Positions 1 through 9,184 of a DNA stretch of 30,318 nucleotides are shown piece after piece. Position 1 is the first letter of the stretch, and each line of letters begins with the position of its first letter. The DNA is taken from contig VBGV01000067.1 in NCBI GenBank assembly GCA_005880755.1, forward strand, positions 1 through 30,318, read 5' to 3'. Both the position numbers and the translations under genes were made by a program. The notes beneath the pieces are model-generated. The model had not been told where the DNA came from, did no database searches, and worked only from the letters and a program-made list of their open reading frames with translations. The DNA comes from Chloroflexota bacterium. GTDB lineage: Bacteria; Chloroflexota; Dormibacteria; Dormibacterales; Dormibacteraceae.

Positions 1-2
1 AA

Positions 3-1943
3 GGCGCCCGCCGTCGCGGTGCGGAGATCTGCGAGGACACGCGCGTCACGGGCATCGAGGTGCGGGAGGGCCGCGTGCACCGGGTCATCACAGACAAGGG
101 AGGCATCGAGACCAACCTGGTCGTCAATGCCGGAGGGATGTTCGCGCCTGAGATCGGCCGCATGGCCGGGGTCAACGTCCCGCTCATCCCGTTCGCCCAC
201 GAATACTTGATCACGAGGCCGGCGGGTCTCCCTCTCGATATGCCGACCATGCGCGACCCTTCACTGCTCGTGTACTACCGGCCCGAATCAGGCGGCCTGA
301 TCATGGGCGGCTACGAGCGCGAGCCCGCGCCGTGGGGTCTCGACGGCGTCCCGAGCGACTTCAACGGCCGGCTCCTCGAGCCCGACTGGGACCGCTTCGA
401 GCCGCTGATGACAAACGCCGTCGTCCGGACGCCCTCATTAAAGGACGCGGAGGTGGTCCGGCTCGTCAACGGTCCCGAAGCGTTCACCCCCGACGGCGAG
501 TTCATCCTCGGCCCGAGCGAGGTCCGCGGCTTCTGGGTCGCGGCCGGCTTTTGCGCCCACGGCCTTGCCGGAGCGGGCGGCATGGGCCGCCTCGTCGCGG
601 AATGGATCATCGACGGGCAGCCTGGGCTGGATGCATGGGAGATGGACTCCCGCCGCTTCGGCCGCGCGTACACGAGCCGCGAGTACACGCTCGAGCGCAC
701 GCGCGAGGTCTACTCGACCTACTACGACGTCAAGTACCCGGGCCATGAACGCACCGCCGGCCGGCCGCTGCGCGTTTCGCCCATCTACTCACGCCTCACG
801 GACATGGGCGCGGCGTTCGGCGAGAAGTCCGGGTGGGAACGCGTCAACTGGTTCGAGCCCAACGGCACGCACGGGGACCAGGCGCTGCGACCGCACGGCT
901 GGGCCGGCCGATTGTGGTCGCCGGCGATCGGAGTCGAGCACAAGGCATGCCGCGAGACGGCGGCGATCTTCGATTTCACCTCATTCGCGAAGATCGAGGT
1001 GAGGGGCCGCGGCGCGGCGGAATATCTCGAGAGCCTGGCCGACAACCGGGTCGCGCGCGCGGTCGGCGCGCTGACCTACACCCAGATGCTCAACGAGGGC
1101 GGGGGCATCGAGTGCGACTTCACGGTCACGCGTCTCGACGACAGGCGCTTTCGTGTGATCACCGGGACGGCGTTCGGGATGCACGACCTGTCTTGGATCC
1201 GCGACCACGCGCCCGGCGATGGGTCGGTCGAGGTCGAAGACGTCACGTCGGCGTACGCGTGCGTCGGGCTCTGGGGACCTGCGGCCCGATCGATTCTCCA
1301 GAGACTGACGCCGGCCGACATCGGCACCGACGCCTTCCCGTTCATGACCGCGCGCGAGATCGCGATCGGCAGCGTCCCGTGTCTCGCGCTTCGCGTCACG
1401 TATGTCGGCGAGCTGGGCTGGGAGCTGTATTGCCCGTCCGAGTTTGGGCTTCGGCTCTGGGACGCGGTCTGGGAGGCGGGCCACGAGCTTGGGCTTGTCG
1501 CGGGCGGATACAAGGCAGTCGACTCGCTTCGCCTCGAGAAGGGCTATCGCGTCTGGGGCGCGGACATCACCTCCGAAACCGATCCCTATCAAGCCGGCCT
1601 CGGTTTCTGCGTCAAGCTCGACAAGGGCGAGTTCATCGGCCGGGCCGCGCTGCTGAAGAAACGTGACTCGCCGCTCGGCACGAAGCTGGCATGCCTGGTC
1701 TTCGACGACCCGCGATCCGTCGCGCTGGGTTCGGAGCCGGTGCGAATCGATGGTGAAGTAGTGGGGCGGGTGACGAGCGGCGGATACGGCTACACGGTGG
1801 CGAAATCGATCGCGTACGCCTACGTCCCGGCGACCTGTGCCGTCGACACGCCGGTCGAGGTCGACATCTTCGGCACGTGGGTCATCGGCCGCGTGGCGAA
1901 GGAACCGCTGTACGACCCAACCGGGGCAAGAGTCCGGGCTTAG
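3..1943 (+). CDS. GcvT-family FAD/folate-dependent amine dehydrogenase (dimethylglycine/sarcosine dehydrogenase-like), 5' truncated by the window edge
   Basis: The frame is open from nt 3 (GARRRGAEICEDTRVTGIEV...). DAO-type C-terminal part (NGPEAFTPDGEFILG, GFCAHGLAGAGG), then a GCV_T domain (IFDFTSFAKIEV, YTQMLNEGGGIECDFTVTRL, RVTYVGELGWELY, SLRLEKGYR) and a GCV_T_C end (VTSGGYGYTV). Confidence 0.92.
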   Translation, partial: GARRRGAEICEDTRVTGIEVREGRVHRVITDKGGIETNLVVNAGGMFAPEIGRMAGVNVPLIPFAHEYLITRPAGLPLDMPTMRDPSLLVYYRPESGGLIMGGYEREPAPWGLDGVPSDFNGRLLEPDWDRFEPLMTNAVVRTPSLKDAEVVRLVNGPEAFTPDGEFILGPSEVRGFWVAAGFCAHGLAGAGGMGRLVAEWIIDGQPGLDAWEMDSRRFGRAYTSREYTLERTREVYSTYYDVKYPGHERTAGRPLRVSPIYSRLTDMGAAFGEKSGWERVNWFEPNGTHGDQALRPHGWAGRLWSPAIGVEHKACRETAAIFDFTSFAKIEVRGRGAAEYLESLADNRVARAVGALTYTQMLNEGGGIECDFTVTRLDDRRFRVITGTAFGMHDLSWIRDHAPGDGSVEVEDVTSAYACVGLWGPAARSILQRLTPADIGTDAFPFMTAREIAIGSVPCLALRVTYVGELGWELYCPSEFGLRLWDAVWEAGHELGLVAGGYKAVDSLRLEKGYRVWGADITSETDPYQAGLGFCVKLDKGEFIGRAALLKKRDSPLGTKLACLVFDDPRSVALGSEPVRIDGEVVGRVTSGGYGYTVAKSIAYAYVPATCAVDTPVEVDIFGTWVIGRVAKEPLYDPTGARVRA

Positions 1944-1958
1944 ACTGGCCCTTCCGGC

Positions 1959-3521
1959 ATGTTCACAGGGGCCAAGTACGCTCGCAACGGCGACGTCAAC
2001 ATTGCCTACCAGGTCGTCGGCGACGGTCCACTCGACCTAATCCTCGTCCTGGGCTGGGTCTCCCACCTGGCCTACGTATGGGAGCTGCCGGCGCTGGCCG
2101 CCTTCCTCAAGCGCCTCGCCTCCTTCACCCGCCTGATCCTGTTCGACAAACGCGGCTCCGGCATGTCCGACCGCGTGCATCCTATGCCGACACTCGAGCA
2201 GCGGATGGACGACGTGAGAGCGGTGCTCGATGCGGTTGGTTCGAAGAAGACCGCGGTCATGGGGATCTCCGAGGGCGGCGTGATGTCATGTCTGTTCGCC
2301 GCCACGTATCCCGAGCGAACCGCGGGGATCATCATCGACGGGAGCTATCCGTCGTGGCTCCGCCGTCCAGGCTATCCCTGGGGCATGACCGAGGCCCAGC
2401 TGGAGAGAACCCTCGACCGGGCCAAGGAAACATGGGGCCGGGTCGTCGACATGAGGGGCTACGCGCCGACGCAGGTCGACAACCCTGAGGTCGCGCGCTG
2501 GTGGGCCACCTTCACGCAGATGAGCGCCAGCCCCGGCGATGCGGTCGAGCTCCTGCGGATGAACACCCTGATCGACATCCGCGATGCCCTGCCCGCAATC
2601 CGGGTGCCGACGCTGATCATTCACGCCACCGGAGACAAGATCGCGCCGATCGAGGCCGGCCGGTACTTCGCCGAGCACATTCCCAATGCGAAGCTTCTCG
2701 AGCTCGACTCGATCGACCATTGGCCCTACTTCGGCGACGCCGATATCGTCCTCGGTGAGGTCCAGGAGTTCCTGACGGGCGTACGCACCGCGCCCCCGCC
2801 GGACACCATGCTGGCGACGGTCTTGTGCACGAACGTGGCCCAGGCCGGTGCGCATGCGGTCTGGCTCGGCGACAAGCGCTGGCACCAGCTCGTCGACAGC
2901 CATCACGCCGTCGTCCGTTCGGCTCTCGCGAGGTATTCGGGCCGCGAGATCGACGCAGGCGAGCGCGGCGTCACGGCCGTCTTCGACGGCACCGCGCGGG
3001 CCATCCGCTGCGCACTTGACGTGCGCGATGAGCTCCTCCAGCTTGGGCTGCGGATTCGCGTCGGCGTGCACGCCGGTGAGTGCGAGGTCGGCGATGGCCG
3101 CCCACGAGGCGTCGCCTTGCACGTCGCTTCGAGCGTGATGGAGGCGGCGCAGCCCGGCGAGGTGCTCGTCTCCGGCACGGTCAAGGATCTCGTCGTCGGG
3201 TCCGGCCTCGAGTTCAGCGATCGCGGGGTGCGCGTTTTCGCGGGCATCCCCGGCTCGTGGACGCTGTTCGCGACAGGACCGGAACCGGCGGCCGCCGCGG
3301 CAGAGCCGGTTCGCGCCGGCGGCGCCATCGAGCTGAGCCGCCGCGAGCGCGAGGTCGCCCAGTTCGTCGCCCGCGGTCTGAGCAACCGCGAGATCGCGCA
3401 GCGCCTCTACCTTTCCGAGCGCACGATCGACAACCACGTCCACCGCATCCTCGACAAGCTTGGCTTCGATTCACGGGTGCAGATTGCGACCTGGCTCGCG
3501 CGAAATGAGCACCTGAATTGA
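1959..3521 (+). CDS. Alpha/beta hydrolase + degenerate class III nucleotide cyclase homology domain + LuxR-type HTH (LipJ-like hydrolase/cyclase with C-terminal DNA-binding domain)
   Basis: Nucleophile elbow GISEGG, GDKIAP (Asp) and IDHW (His). The cyclase-fold segment is ATVLCTNV...FDGTARAIRCA...RVGVHAGECE...GEVLVSGTVKDLV. The LuxR HTH is LSRREREVAQFVARGLSNREIAQRLYLSERTIDNHVHRILDKLG. Confidence 0.88.
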   Translation: MFTGAKYARNGDVNIAYQVVGDGPLDLILVLGWVSHLAYVWELPALAAFLKRLASFTRLILFDKRGSGMSDRVHPMPTLEQRMDDVRAVLDAVGSKKTAVMGISEGGVMSCLFAATYPERTAGIIIDGSYPSWLRRPGYPWGMTEAQLERTLDRAKETWGRVVDMRGYAPTQVDNPEVARWWATFTQMSASPGDAVELLRMNTLIDIRDALPAIRVPTLIIHATGDKIAPIEAGRYFAEHIPNAKLLELDSIDHWPYFGDADIVLGEVQEFLTGVRTAPPPDTMLATVLCTNVAQAGAHAVWLGDKRWHQLVDSHHAVVRSALARYSGREIDAGERGVTAVFDGTARAIRCALDVRDELLQLGLRIRVGVHAGECEVGDGRPRGVALHVASSVMEAAQPGEVLVSGTVKDLVVGSGLEFSDRGVRVFAGIPGSWTLFATGPEPAAAAAEPVRAGGAIELSRREREVAQFVARGLSNREIAQRLYLSERTIDNHVHRILDKLGFDSRVQIATWLARNEHLN

Positions 3522-3573
3522 GCACCGGTTGAGCCTTCTCACGGATGTCGGAACTGCAGCGCAGACCTAGCTT
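3506..3573 (+). promoter_or_regulatory. Putative activator-dependent promoter with tandem TGAGC(A/C) repeats for the DUF4242 operon
   Basis: TGAGCACC at 3506-3513 and 3519-3526, TGAGCCTT at 3530-3537, then CACGGATGTC at 3540-3549 and a TANNNT -10 (TAGCTT, 3568-3573). There is no consensus -35. Confidence 0.45.
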
Positions 3574-3621
3574 GCTTGGGTAGGCAGCCCTCTCGGGCCG
3601 CCATCACCAAGGAGGTAGGTA

Positions 3622-3894
3622 ATGGCACGTTTCATGGTCGAGCGCGCGTTCCCCGATGGCCTAGAGATCCCACTGACAGAGGAAGGGGCGCAGGCGTGCA
3701 TGTCGGTGGTAGGCACCAACGCCGAGCTTGGCGTCACGTGGGTGCACTCGTACGTGACGGAGGACCACAGGAAGACCTTCTGCATCTACGACGCGCCAAG
3801 TCCCGACGCCATCCGGAAGGCGGCCAAGCTCAACCAGCTGCCCGCGGACAAAATCACGCCGGTGCGGGTCCTAGACCCGTACTTCTACAGATGA
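3622..3894 (+). CDS. DUF4242 domain protein (SCO4226-like, putative nickel-binding)
   Basis: AAGGAGG RBS at 3609-3615. The 90-aa sequence MARFMVERAFP...GVTWVHSYV...KTFCIYDAPSPDAIRKAAKLNQLPADKITPV matches the DUF4242 pattern. Confidence 0.85.
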   Translation: MARFMVERAFPDGLEIPLTEEGAQACMSVVGTNAELGVTWVHSYVTEDHRKTFCIYDAPSPDAIRKAAKLNQLPADKITPVRVLDPYFYR

Positions 3895-3902
3895 GGAGAC
3901 CG

Positions 3903-4403
3903 ATGAGCATGAAGTGGCTGACGAAATTCACGATCCCGGCCCTCGCACTCGTGGCTCTCTCCACGTCGGGAGCGCAGGCGTCAAACGGCGATGACGAGAG
4001 CGCCCTGGCGGGCGTGAGGCACGCGACCGCCGCCTACCATGACCTCGACAAGGCGATCGCCGCGCACTACGGACGTCTGCTCCCGTGCTTCGACCTTCCC
4101 GGCGTCGGCGGCATGGGCCAGCATTACGTGGACACCTCGCGGCTCGACGCCACGATCGAGGCCAACCGCCCAGAGGCCCTCGTCTATGAGGTCGAGGGCG
4201 ATCGCTTGAAGCTGGTCGCGGTCGAGTACATCGTGCCCTGGACCGCGTGGGCGCCGACCGCCCCGCCTCAGTTGTTCGGGCGATCGTTCTTCAGAAACAC
4301 CACTCTTCACCTGTGGGCGCTGCACGCCTGGATCTGGCGCCCGAACCCGTCGGGGATGTTCGCCAACTACAACCCCGCGGTGAAGCTCTGCCCAGGACGC
4401 TGA
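3903..4403 (+). CDS. Secreted hypothetical protein with conserved-looking His/Cys motifs
   Basis: GAGGAG RBS at 3893-3898 overlaps the DUF4242 stop; alternative starts are 3891 and 3909. Signal peptide MKWLTKFTIPALALVALSTSGAQA. Motifs CF..PGVGGMGQHY, PEALVY, LVAVEY, LHAWIW, NPSGMFANYNP. Confidence 0.75.
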   Translation: MSMKWLTKFTIPALALVALSTSGAQASNGDDESALAGVRHATAAYHDLDKAIAAHYGRLLPCFDLPGVGGMGQHYVDTSRLDATIEANRPEALVYEVEGDRLKLVAVEYIVPWTAWAPTAPPQLFGRSFFRNTTLHLWALHAWIWRPNPSGMFANYNPAVKLCPGR

Positions 4404-4408
4404 GCAGT

Positions 4409-4440
4409 GGATGAGGGGCGGCGCAGCCGCCCCCTCGTCC
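4409..4440. terminator. GC-rich hairpin between convergent genes (probable terminator)
   Basis: GGATGAGGGGCGGC-GCA-GCCGCCCCCTCGTCC: a ~14-bp stem with one bulge and one G-U pair, 5 nt after the 4403 stop. No U tract. Confidence 0.55.
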
Positions 4441-4448
4441 GTCGTTAA

Positions 4449-4505
4449 TCCGCCTCGTTGGCGTCAGCGGGGCGTTATCGAGTTTCGGATTCCGCCTCGT
4501 TGGCG
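4449..4505. repeat. 15-bp direct repeat TCCGCCTCGTTGGCG, 42 bp period, spanning the kinase stop codon
   Basis: Exact copies at 4449-4463 and 4491-4505. Confidence 0.7.
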
Positions 4506-5383
4506 CCAACGGTGCGTAAGAAGACATCGAAGTCGGGATCTGAGGCAGTCTCCTGCATGCGCGTGAAATGTTTGCCCGCATAGCCCTTGAAGTCGAAGTC
4601 CAGCTCGGAGATCCCGCTCTGCAGCACGCCCCACATCGCCTCGCGAAAGTCGGACATGAACCGCATCAACCGCAGCGACGCGATGTCCCGTTCATTGACC
4701 TGATCGAAATAGGCATGTAGCAGCTGACGATCGTCGTCGACTCCGAACTCGTGGTTGACGGAAAAGTTCGCCAGGTCGAAGAACCGGTCCCCCATGCCCG
4801 CGTACTCCCAGTCGACGATGCGAATCTGGCCGTCATCGAGGAAGTTCGCGTTGAGGAGGTCGTTGTGGCACGGGACAACTGGATTCACGCCCCGCGCGGC
4901 GCGGATCCTCTCCGCGATCGCGCGTGCCCTGCGGAATTCGCTTGGCATCTCGACCGCGTGCGCTTCGGCAGTTGCGCGATAGGCATCGACTACCGCCCAC
5001 GCATTGAAACGTCCTGGTATCGGGGGTCCGTCGTGGAACGCTCGGATAGCGAATGCAACTCTCGTCAGCATTGATGGGCTGCGCATCTCAGTCGGCGTGA
5101 TTGGCCGGCCTTCGATGAAGCGCGCCACCAGCCAGCCTTCCTCGGGCACAAACGCGGTCACCTCCGGGCCGATGCCGACCTCAAACGCACGCTTGCCCGC
5201 CGCGTACTCGACCGCGCGGTCGATGCCGAGGAGGTCTGTCTTCGCGCCGCCCATGCGCAGAACGAAAACCTCGTCGCCGACCTGGACCTTGAAGTTGCGA
5301 TTCGTGATCCCGCCGCCGAGCTCTTCCACCGTCGCGGGGAGCCCTGGCCACAGTTGAGCGACGGCGTCATGGGCGGCGTTCAC
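4475..5383 (-). CDS. Choline/ethanolamine kinase-family phosphotransferase (APH superfamily)
   Basis: Glycine-rich GGGITNRNFKV, Brenner motif CHNDLLNANF, and IVDWEYAGMGDRFFDLAN. GTG start. Confidence 0.88.
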   Translation of the reverse strand: MNAAHDAVAQLWPGLPATVEELGGGITNRNFKVQVGDEVFVLRMGGAKTDLLGIDRAVEYAAGKRAFEVGIGPEVTAFVPEEGWLVARFIEGRPITPTEMRSPSMLTRVAFAIRAFHDGPPIPGRFNAWAVVDAYRATAEAHAVEMPSEFRRARAIAERIRAARGVNPVVPCHNDLLNANFLDDGQIRIVDWEYAGMGDRFFDLANFSVNHEFGVDDDRQLLHAYFDQVNERDIASLRLMRFMSDFREAMWGVLQSGISELDFDFKGYAGKHFTRMQETASDPDFDVFLRTVGANEAESETR

Positions 5384-5403
5384 AAGTCCCGGATCGTATC
5401 TGC

Positions 5404-6702
5404 TTGAATGGCCGCGTGACGGTGGGGCACAAAGCGACGGAAACCGAGCTGGCCGACCTTCGCGCCAAGTACGTCCCCAGGGGCATCACCAGCGCCCATC
5501 CGGTGACCGTGGACCGGGCTCAGGGATCGGAGATCTGGGACATCAGCGGCAAGCGCTACATCGACTTCGCGGGCGGAATCGGAGTGATGAACGTGGGACA
5601 CGCCCACCCGCGCGTCATGAAGGCGGTGCGGGAGCAGCTGGACCGCGCGACCCACACCTCGTTCCAGGTCGTGCACTACGAGTCCTACCTGAGACTCGCC
5701 GAGCGCCTTTGCGAGGTCGCGCCGATCGATGGCCCGAAGAAGGCCGTCTTCTTCAGCACGGGCGCCGAGGCGATCGAGAACGCGGTCAAGATCGCCCGCG
5801 CGGCGACCGGGAGGCCGGCGGTGATCAGCTTCCGCGGCGGCTTCCACGGCCGCACGCTCCTCGCCCTCAGCCTCACCGGCAGCGTCCAGCCCTACAAGCA
5901 GGACTTCGGGCCCTACGCGACAGAGATCTACCAGACGCCATTCCCATATGCCTATCGCGGCTGGACCACCGAGGCGGCAATGGCTGACCTGGAGAACCTC
6001 CTCGAATCGGAGGTCTCGCCGAAGCGTGTCGCCGCGATCGTCATCGAGCCCGTACTGGGCGAGGGTGGCTTCGTTCCTGCGCCGCTGGACTTCATGCGCA
6101 GGCTCCGAGAACTCTGCGACCTGCACGGCATGCTTCTGATCGTCGACGAGATCCAGACGGGCTTCGGACGCACAGGCAAGTTCTTCGCCGTCGAGCACTC
6201 GGGCGTGCAGCCCGACCTGATCACGGTCGCCAAGAGCCTGGCCGCGGGCTTCCCGCTCTCCGGGGTCGTCGGCAAAGCGCAGGTCATGGACGCGCCCGAC
6301 CCGGGCGGCCTGGGTGGTACGTACGGGGGCAACCCGGTCGCATGCGCCGCCGGCCTCGCGGTGATGGACGTCATGCGCGACGAGCATTTGCCTGAGCGGG
6401 CGGCGCGCATCGGCTCGGTGGTCGAGGAGCGCATGCAGAGCTGGGCGGCCGACCACAAGCTCATCGGCGACGTGAGGGTGGTCGGGGCGATGGCCGGGAT
6501 GGAGCTCGTTCGCGATCGCGTCACCAAGGAACCGGCAGACAAGGAGGCGGCGCGAATCCTTGGCACTGCACGCGAGAAGGGCCTGATCGTCCTCCGCTGC
6601 GGCGTGCATCACAACGTGATTCGCACACTCATGCCGCTCACGATCCCTGACGAGCAGCTGGAACAAGGTCTGGACATGCTTGGCGCGTCGCTGGGCGCGT
6701 AA
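5404..6702 (+). CDS. gabT: 4-aminobutyrate--2-oxoglutarate aminotransferase (class III PLP)
   Basis: Motifs YIDFAGGIGV, STGAEAIENAVKIAR, FHGRT, EPVLGEGGF, DEIQTGFGRTG, PLP lysine in AKSLAAGFPLS, and GGTYGGNP. The start could be 5404, 5416 or 5422. Confidence 0.9.
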   Translation: MNGRVTVGHKATETELADLRAKYVPRGITSAHPVTVDRAQGSEIWDISGKRYIDFAGGIGVMNVGHAHPRVMKAVREQLDRATHTSFQVVHYESYLRLAERLCEVAPIDGPKKAVFFSTGAEAIENAVKIARAATGRPAVISFRGGFHGRTLLALSLTGSVQPYKQDFGPYATEIYQTPFPYAYRGWTTEAAMADLENLLESEVSPKRVAAIVIEPVLGEGGFVPAPLDFMRRLRELCDLHGMLLIVDEIQTGFGRTGKFFAVEHSGVQPDLITVAKSLAAGFPLSGVVGKAQVMDAPDPGGLGGTYGGNPVACAAGLAVMDVMRDEHLPERAARIGSVVEERMQSWAADHKLIGDVRVVGAMAGMELVRDRVTKEPADKEAARILGTAREKGLIVLRCGVHHNVIRTLMPLTIPDEQLEQGLDMLGASLGA

Positions 6703-6711
6703 GGAGGCTCT

Positions 6712-8157
6712 ATGAGCACGACACTTCGACGTCACGAGATGTTCATCGGCGGAGAGTGGACGCCGGGCACAGGCGGTGACGTGCAGGAGATCGTCAACCC
6801 CGCCACCGGCAAGGTCATCGCGCACGTCCCCAAGGGAACCGACAAAGACGTCGACCGCGCGGTCGAAGCCGCCCGCAAAGCGTTCGACGGCGGCTGGTCC
6901 GACAGCACGCCTCGCGACCGCAGCGAGCGGATGCTGAAGCTGGCCGACGCGATCGCAGCCAACGGCGATGAGTTCGCGCGGATCGAGTCGGAGAACGTCG
7001 GCAAGCCGCTCGCTGCGACCAAGTCCGAAGAGATCCCGCCCATCGTCGACTGCATCCGGTTCTTCGCCGGCGCCGCACGCGTGCTCGAGGGCCGCGCCAC
7101 GGGCGAGTACATGTCGGGTTTCACGAGCATGCTGCGCCGTGAGCCTCTCGGGGTGGTTGGCTCGATCGCCCCCTGGAACTACCCCCTGATGATGGCTGCG
7201 TGGAAGATCGGCCCCGCGCTCGCCGCGGGCAACACCGTGGTGTTGAAGCCGTCCGAGTGGACTCCACTGACCGCGCTCAAGCTCGCCGAGCTGGCCGCGG
7301 ACATCTTCCCGCCTGGCGTCTTCAACGTCATCACCGGCGACGGCGAACCGGTCGGCGCCGGCATCGTCCGCCACCCAGGCGTGTCGATGGTCTCCCTCAC
7401 CGGTGACGTCGCCACAGGCAAGGAGGTGGCGCGCGCGGCCGCGTCGACGCTGAAGCGGGTGCACCTCGAGCTGGGCGGCAAGGCGCCGGTGATCGTCTTC
7501 GACGACGCCGACCTGGACAAGGTCGTGGAGTGGATCAAGATCGGCGGCTACTTCAACGCAGGGCAAGACTGCACCGCAGCGACCCGCGTCATCGCCGGGC
7601 CGCATATCCACGAAAGGCTGTTGGGCGACCTCGTGCCTGCAGTCCACAGCCTCAAGGTCGGCGACCCCATGTCCGACGACACCGAGATGGGGCCGCTCGT
7701 ATCGGAAGAGCAGCTGATGCGCGTGTCAGGTTTCGTCGAGCGGGCGAAAAAGGCCGGCGCGGAGGTGCTCACCGGTGGCGCCCGCATCAAGAAGGCGGGG
7801 TCGTGGTACGAGCCGACCGTCGTCGTACCGAAGGGCCTGAGCGACGAGATCGTGACCAAGGAAGTCTTCGGCCCGGTGGTCACTGTCCAGCGCTTCACCG
7901 ATGAGGACCAGGCGCTGGCGTGGGCCAACGGCGTCGACTACGGCCTCGCCGCCTCAGTCTGGACACGCGACGTCGGCCGCGCGCTCCGCATGGCGCGCAA
8001 GCTGCAGTTCGGAACTGTCTGGATCAACACGCACATACCGCTCGTCAACGAGATGCCTCACGGCGGCTACAAGCAGAGCGGTTACGGCAAGGACATGTCG
8101 ATCTACTCGCTCGAGGAATACACGCAGATCAAGCACGTGATGGCGTCGCTTGACTGA
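6712..8157 (+). CDS. patD: Gamma-aminobutyraldehyde dehydrogenase (ABALDH, YdcW/PatD-like)
   Basis: AGGAGG RBS at 6702-6707. [20 protein letters not shown], catalytic Glu in LELGGKAP, catalytic Cys in [30 protein letters not shown]. Confidence 0.85.
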   Translation: MSTTLRRHEMFIGGEWTPGTGGDVQEIVNPATGKVIAHVPKGTDKDVDRAVEAARKAFDGGWSDSTPRDRSERMLKLADAIAANGDEFARIESENVGKPLAATKSEEIPPIVDCIRFFAGAARVLEGRATGEYMSGFTSMLRREPLGVVGSIAPWNYPLMMAAWKIGPALAAGNTVVLKPSEWTPLTALKLAELAADIFPPGVFNVITGDGEPVGAGIVRHPGVSMVSLTGDVATGKEVARAAASTLKRVHLELGGKAPVIVFDDADLDKVVEWIKIGGYFNAGQDCTAATRVIAGPHIHERLLGDLVPAVHSLKVGDPMSDDTEMGPLVSEEQLMRVSGFVERAKKAGAEVLTGGARIKKAGSWYEPTVVVPKGLSDEIVTKEVFGPVVTVQRFTDEDQALAWANGVDYGLAASVWTRDVGRALRMARKLQFGTVWINTHIPLVNEMPHGGYKQSGYGKDMSIYSLEEYTQIKHVMASLD

Positions 8158-9175
8158 AAGCGATCCAGAAAAGAAGACCGCACTAAAACTCCAGGGTGTC
8201 CGCAAGAGCTACGGACAGGTGGTTGCGGTTGCGGGCGTCGACCTGACCGTGGAGGAGGGTGAGTTCTTCACGCTGCTGGGGCCCTCGGGCTCGGGCAAGA
8301 CGACGCTCTTGCGCCTGATCGCGGGATTCGAGCGCCCCGACGCCGGCCGGATCGAGCTGGCCGGCCGCGACGTGACCTCGACGCCGCCCTACCTCCGCGA
8401 CACCAACACCGTTTTCCAGGACTACGCCCTGTTCCCTCACATGTCGGTCGCGGACAACATCGGCTACGGGCTTCGCGTGAAAGGGGTCGCCAAGACCGCG
8501 CGTGAGAAGCGCGTCCAGAGGGCGCTGGAGATGGTCCGCCTCGGGGGCCTCGGCCACCGCCGGCCGAACCAGCTTTCCGGCGGCCAGCGGCAGCGCGTGG
8601 CGCTCGCCCGCGCCGTGGTCAACGAGCCGGAGGTTCTCCTGCTCGACGAGCCGCTCGGTGCGCTCGACCTCAAGCTCCGCCAGGAGATGCAGATCGAGCT
8701 GAAGCAGATCCAGAAGGACGTGGGGATCACGTTCGTGTACGTGACACACGACCAGGAGGAGGCGCTGACCATGAGCGACCGGCTGGCTGTGATGTCGAAC
8801 GGGCAGATCGAGCAGATCGGGGTCCCGGTCGACGTCTACGAGCGCCCGGCGACCGAGTTCGTCGCGGGGTTCATCGGCATCTCGAACGTCATCACGCGCA
8901 ACGGGGTGAGGTTGGTGGTGCGCCCGGAGAAGATCCGGATGCTGGCCGAAGGGGAAGATCCCGGACCTGGCATGACCGTCGAGCCGGGTCAGGTCGAGCA
9001 GGTCATCTACGTCGGCATGACGACCCGCTACCTGGTCCACCTCGAGCGGGGGGAGCAGCTCGTTGCGGTGCGTCAGAATATGGACGCGCTAGGAGACGCC
9101 CAGAAATTCGAGGGCCGGCCGGTGCGTCTGGCCTGGTCAAAAGAGCACACATTCGTGCTCGAAAAGGGAAGGTAG
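8150..9175 (+). CDS. Polyamine-type ABC transporter ATP-binding subunit (PotA/YdcT-like)
   Basis: Walker [43 protein letters not shown]-terminal TOBE-like part. TTG start overlaps the patD stop. Confidence 0.9.
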   Translation: MTESDPEKKTALKLQGVRKSYGQVVAVAGVDLTVEEGEFFTLLGPSGSGKTTLLRLIAGFERPDAGRIELAGRDVTSTPPYLRDTNTVFQDYALFPHMSVADNIGYGLRVKGVAKTAREKRVQRALEMVRLGGLGHRRPNQLSGGQRQRVALARAVVNEPEVLLLDEPLGALDLKLRQEMQIELKQIQKDVGITFVYVTHDQEEALTMSDRLAVMSNGQIEQIGVPVDVYERPATEFVAGFIGISNVITRNGVRLVVRPEKIRMLAEGEDPGPGMTVEPGQVEQVIYVGMTTRYLVHLERGEQLVAVRQNMDALGDAQKFEGRPVRLAWSKEHTFVLEKGR

Positions 9176-9184
9176 GAGGAAGCG

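Noticed and set aside
2286-3443. 385-aa minus-strand ORF, and similar long antisense or off-frame ORFs (e.g. 8183-9040, 10353-11258, 13092-13919, 20503-21660)
   Set aside because: Each lies fully opposite or within a confidently assigned gene, with Arg/Gly/Pro-rich or antisense-type composition.
5380-7647. 755-aa minus-strand ORF antisense to gabT/patD
   Set aside because: Shadow ORF typical of high-GC, GC3-biased genes. It has no recognisable motifs, and the plus strand encodes two well-conserved enzymes.
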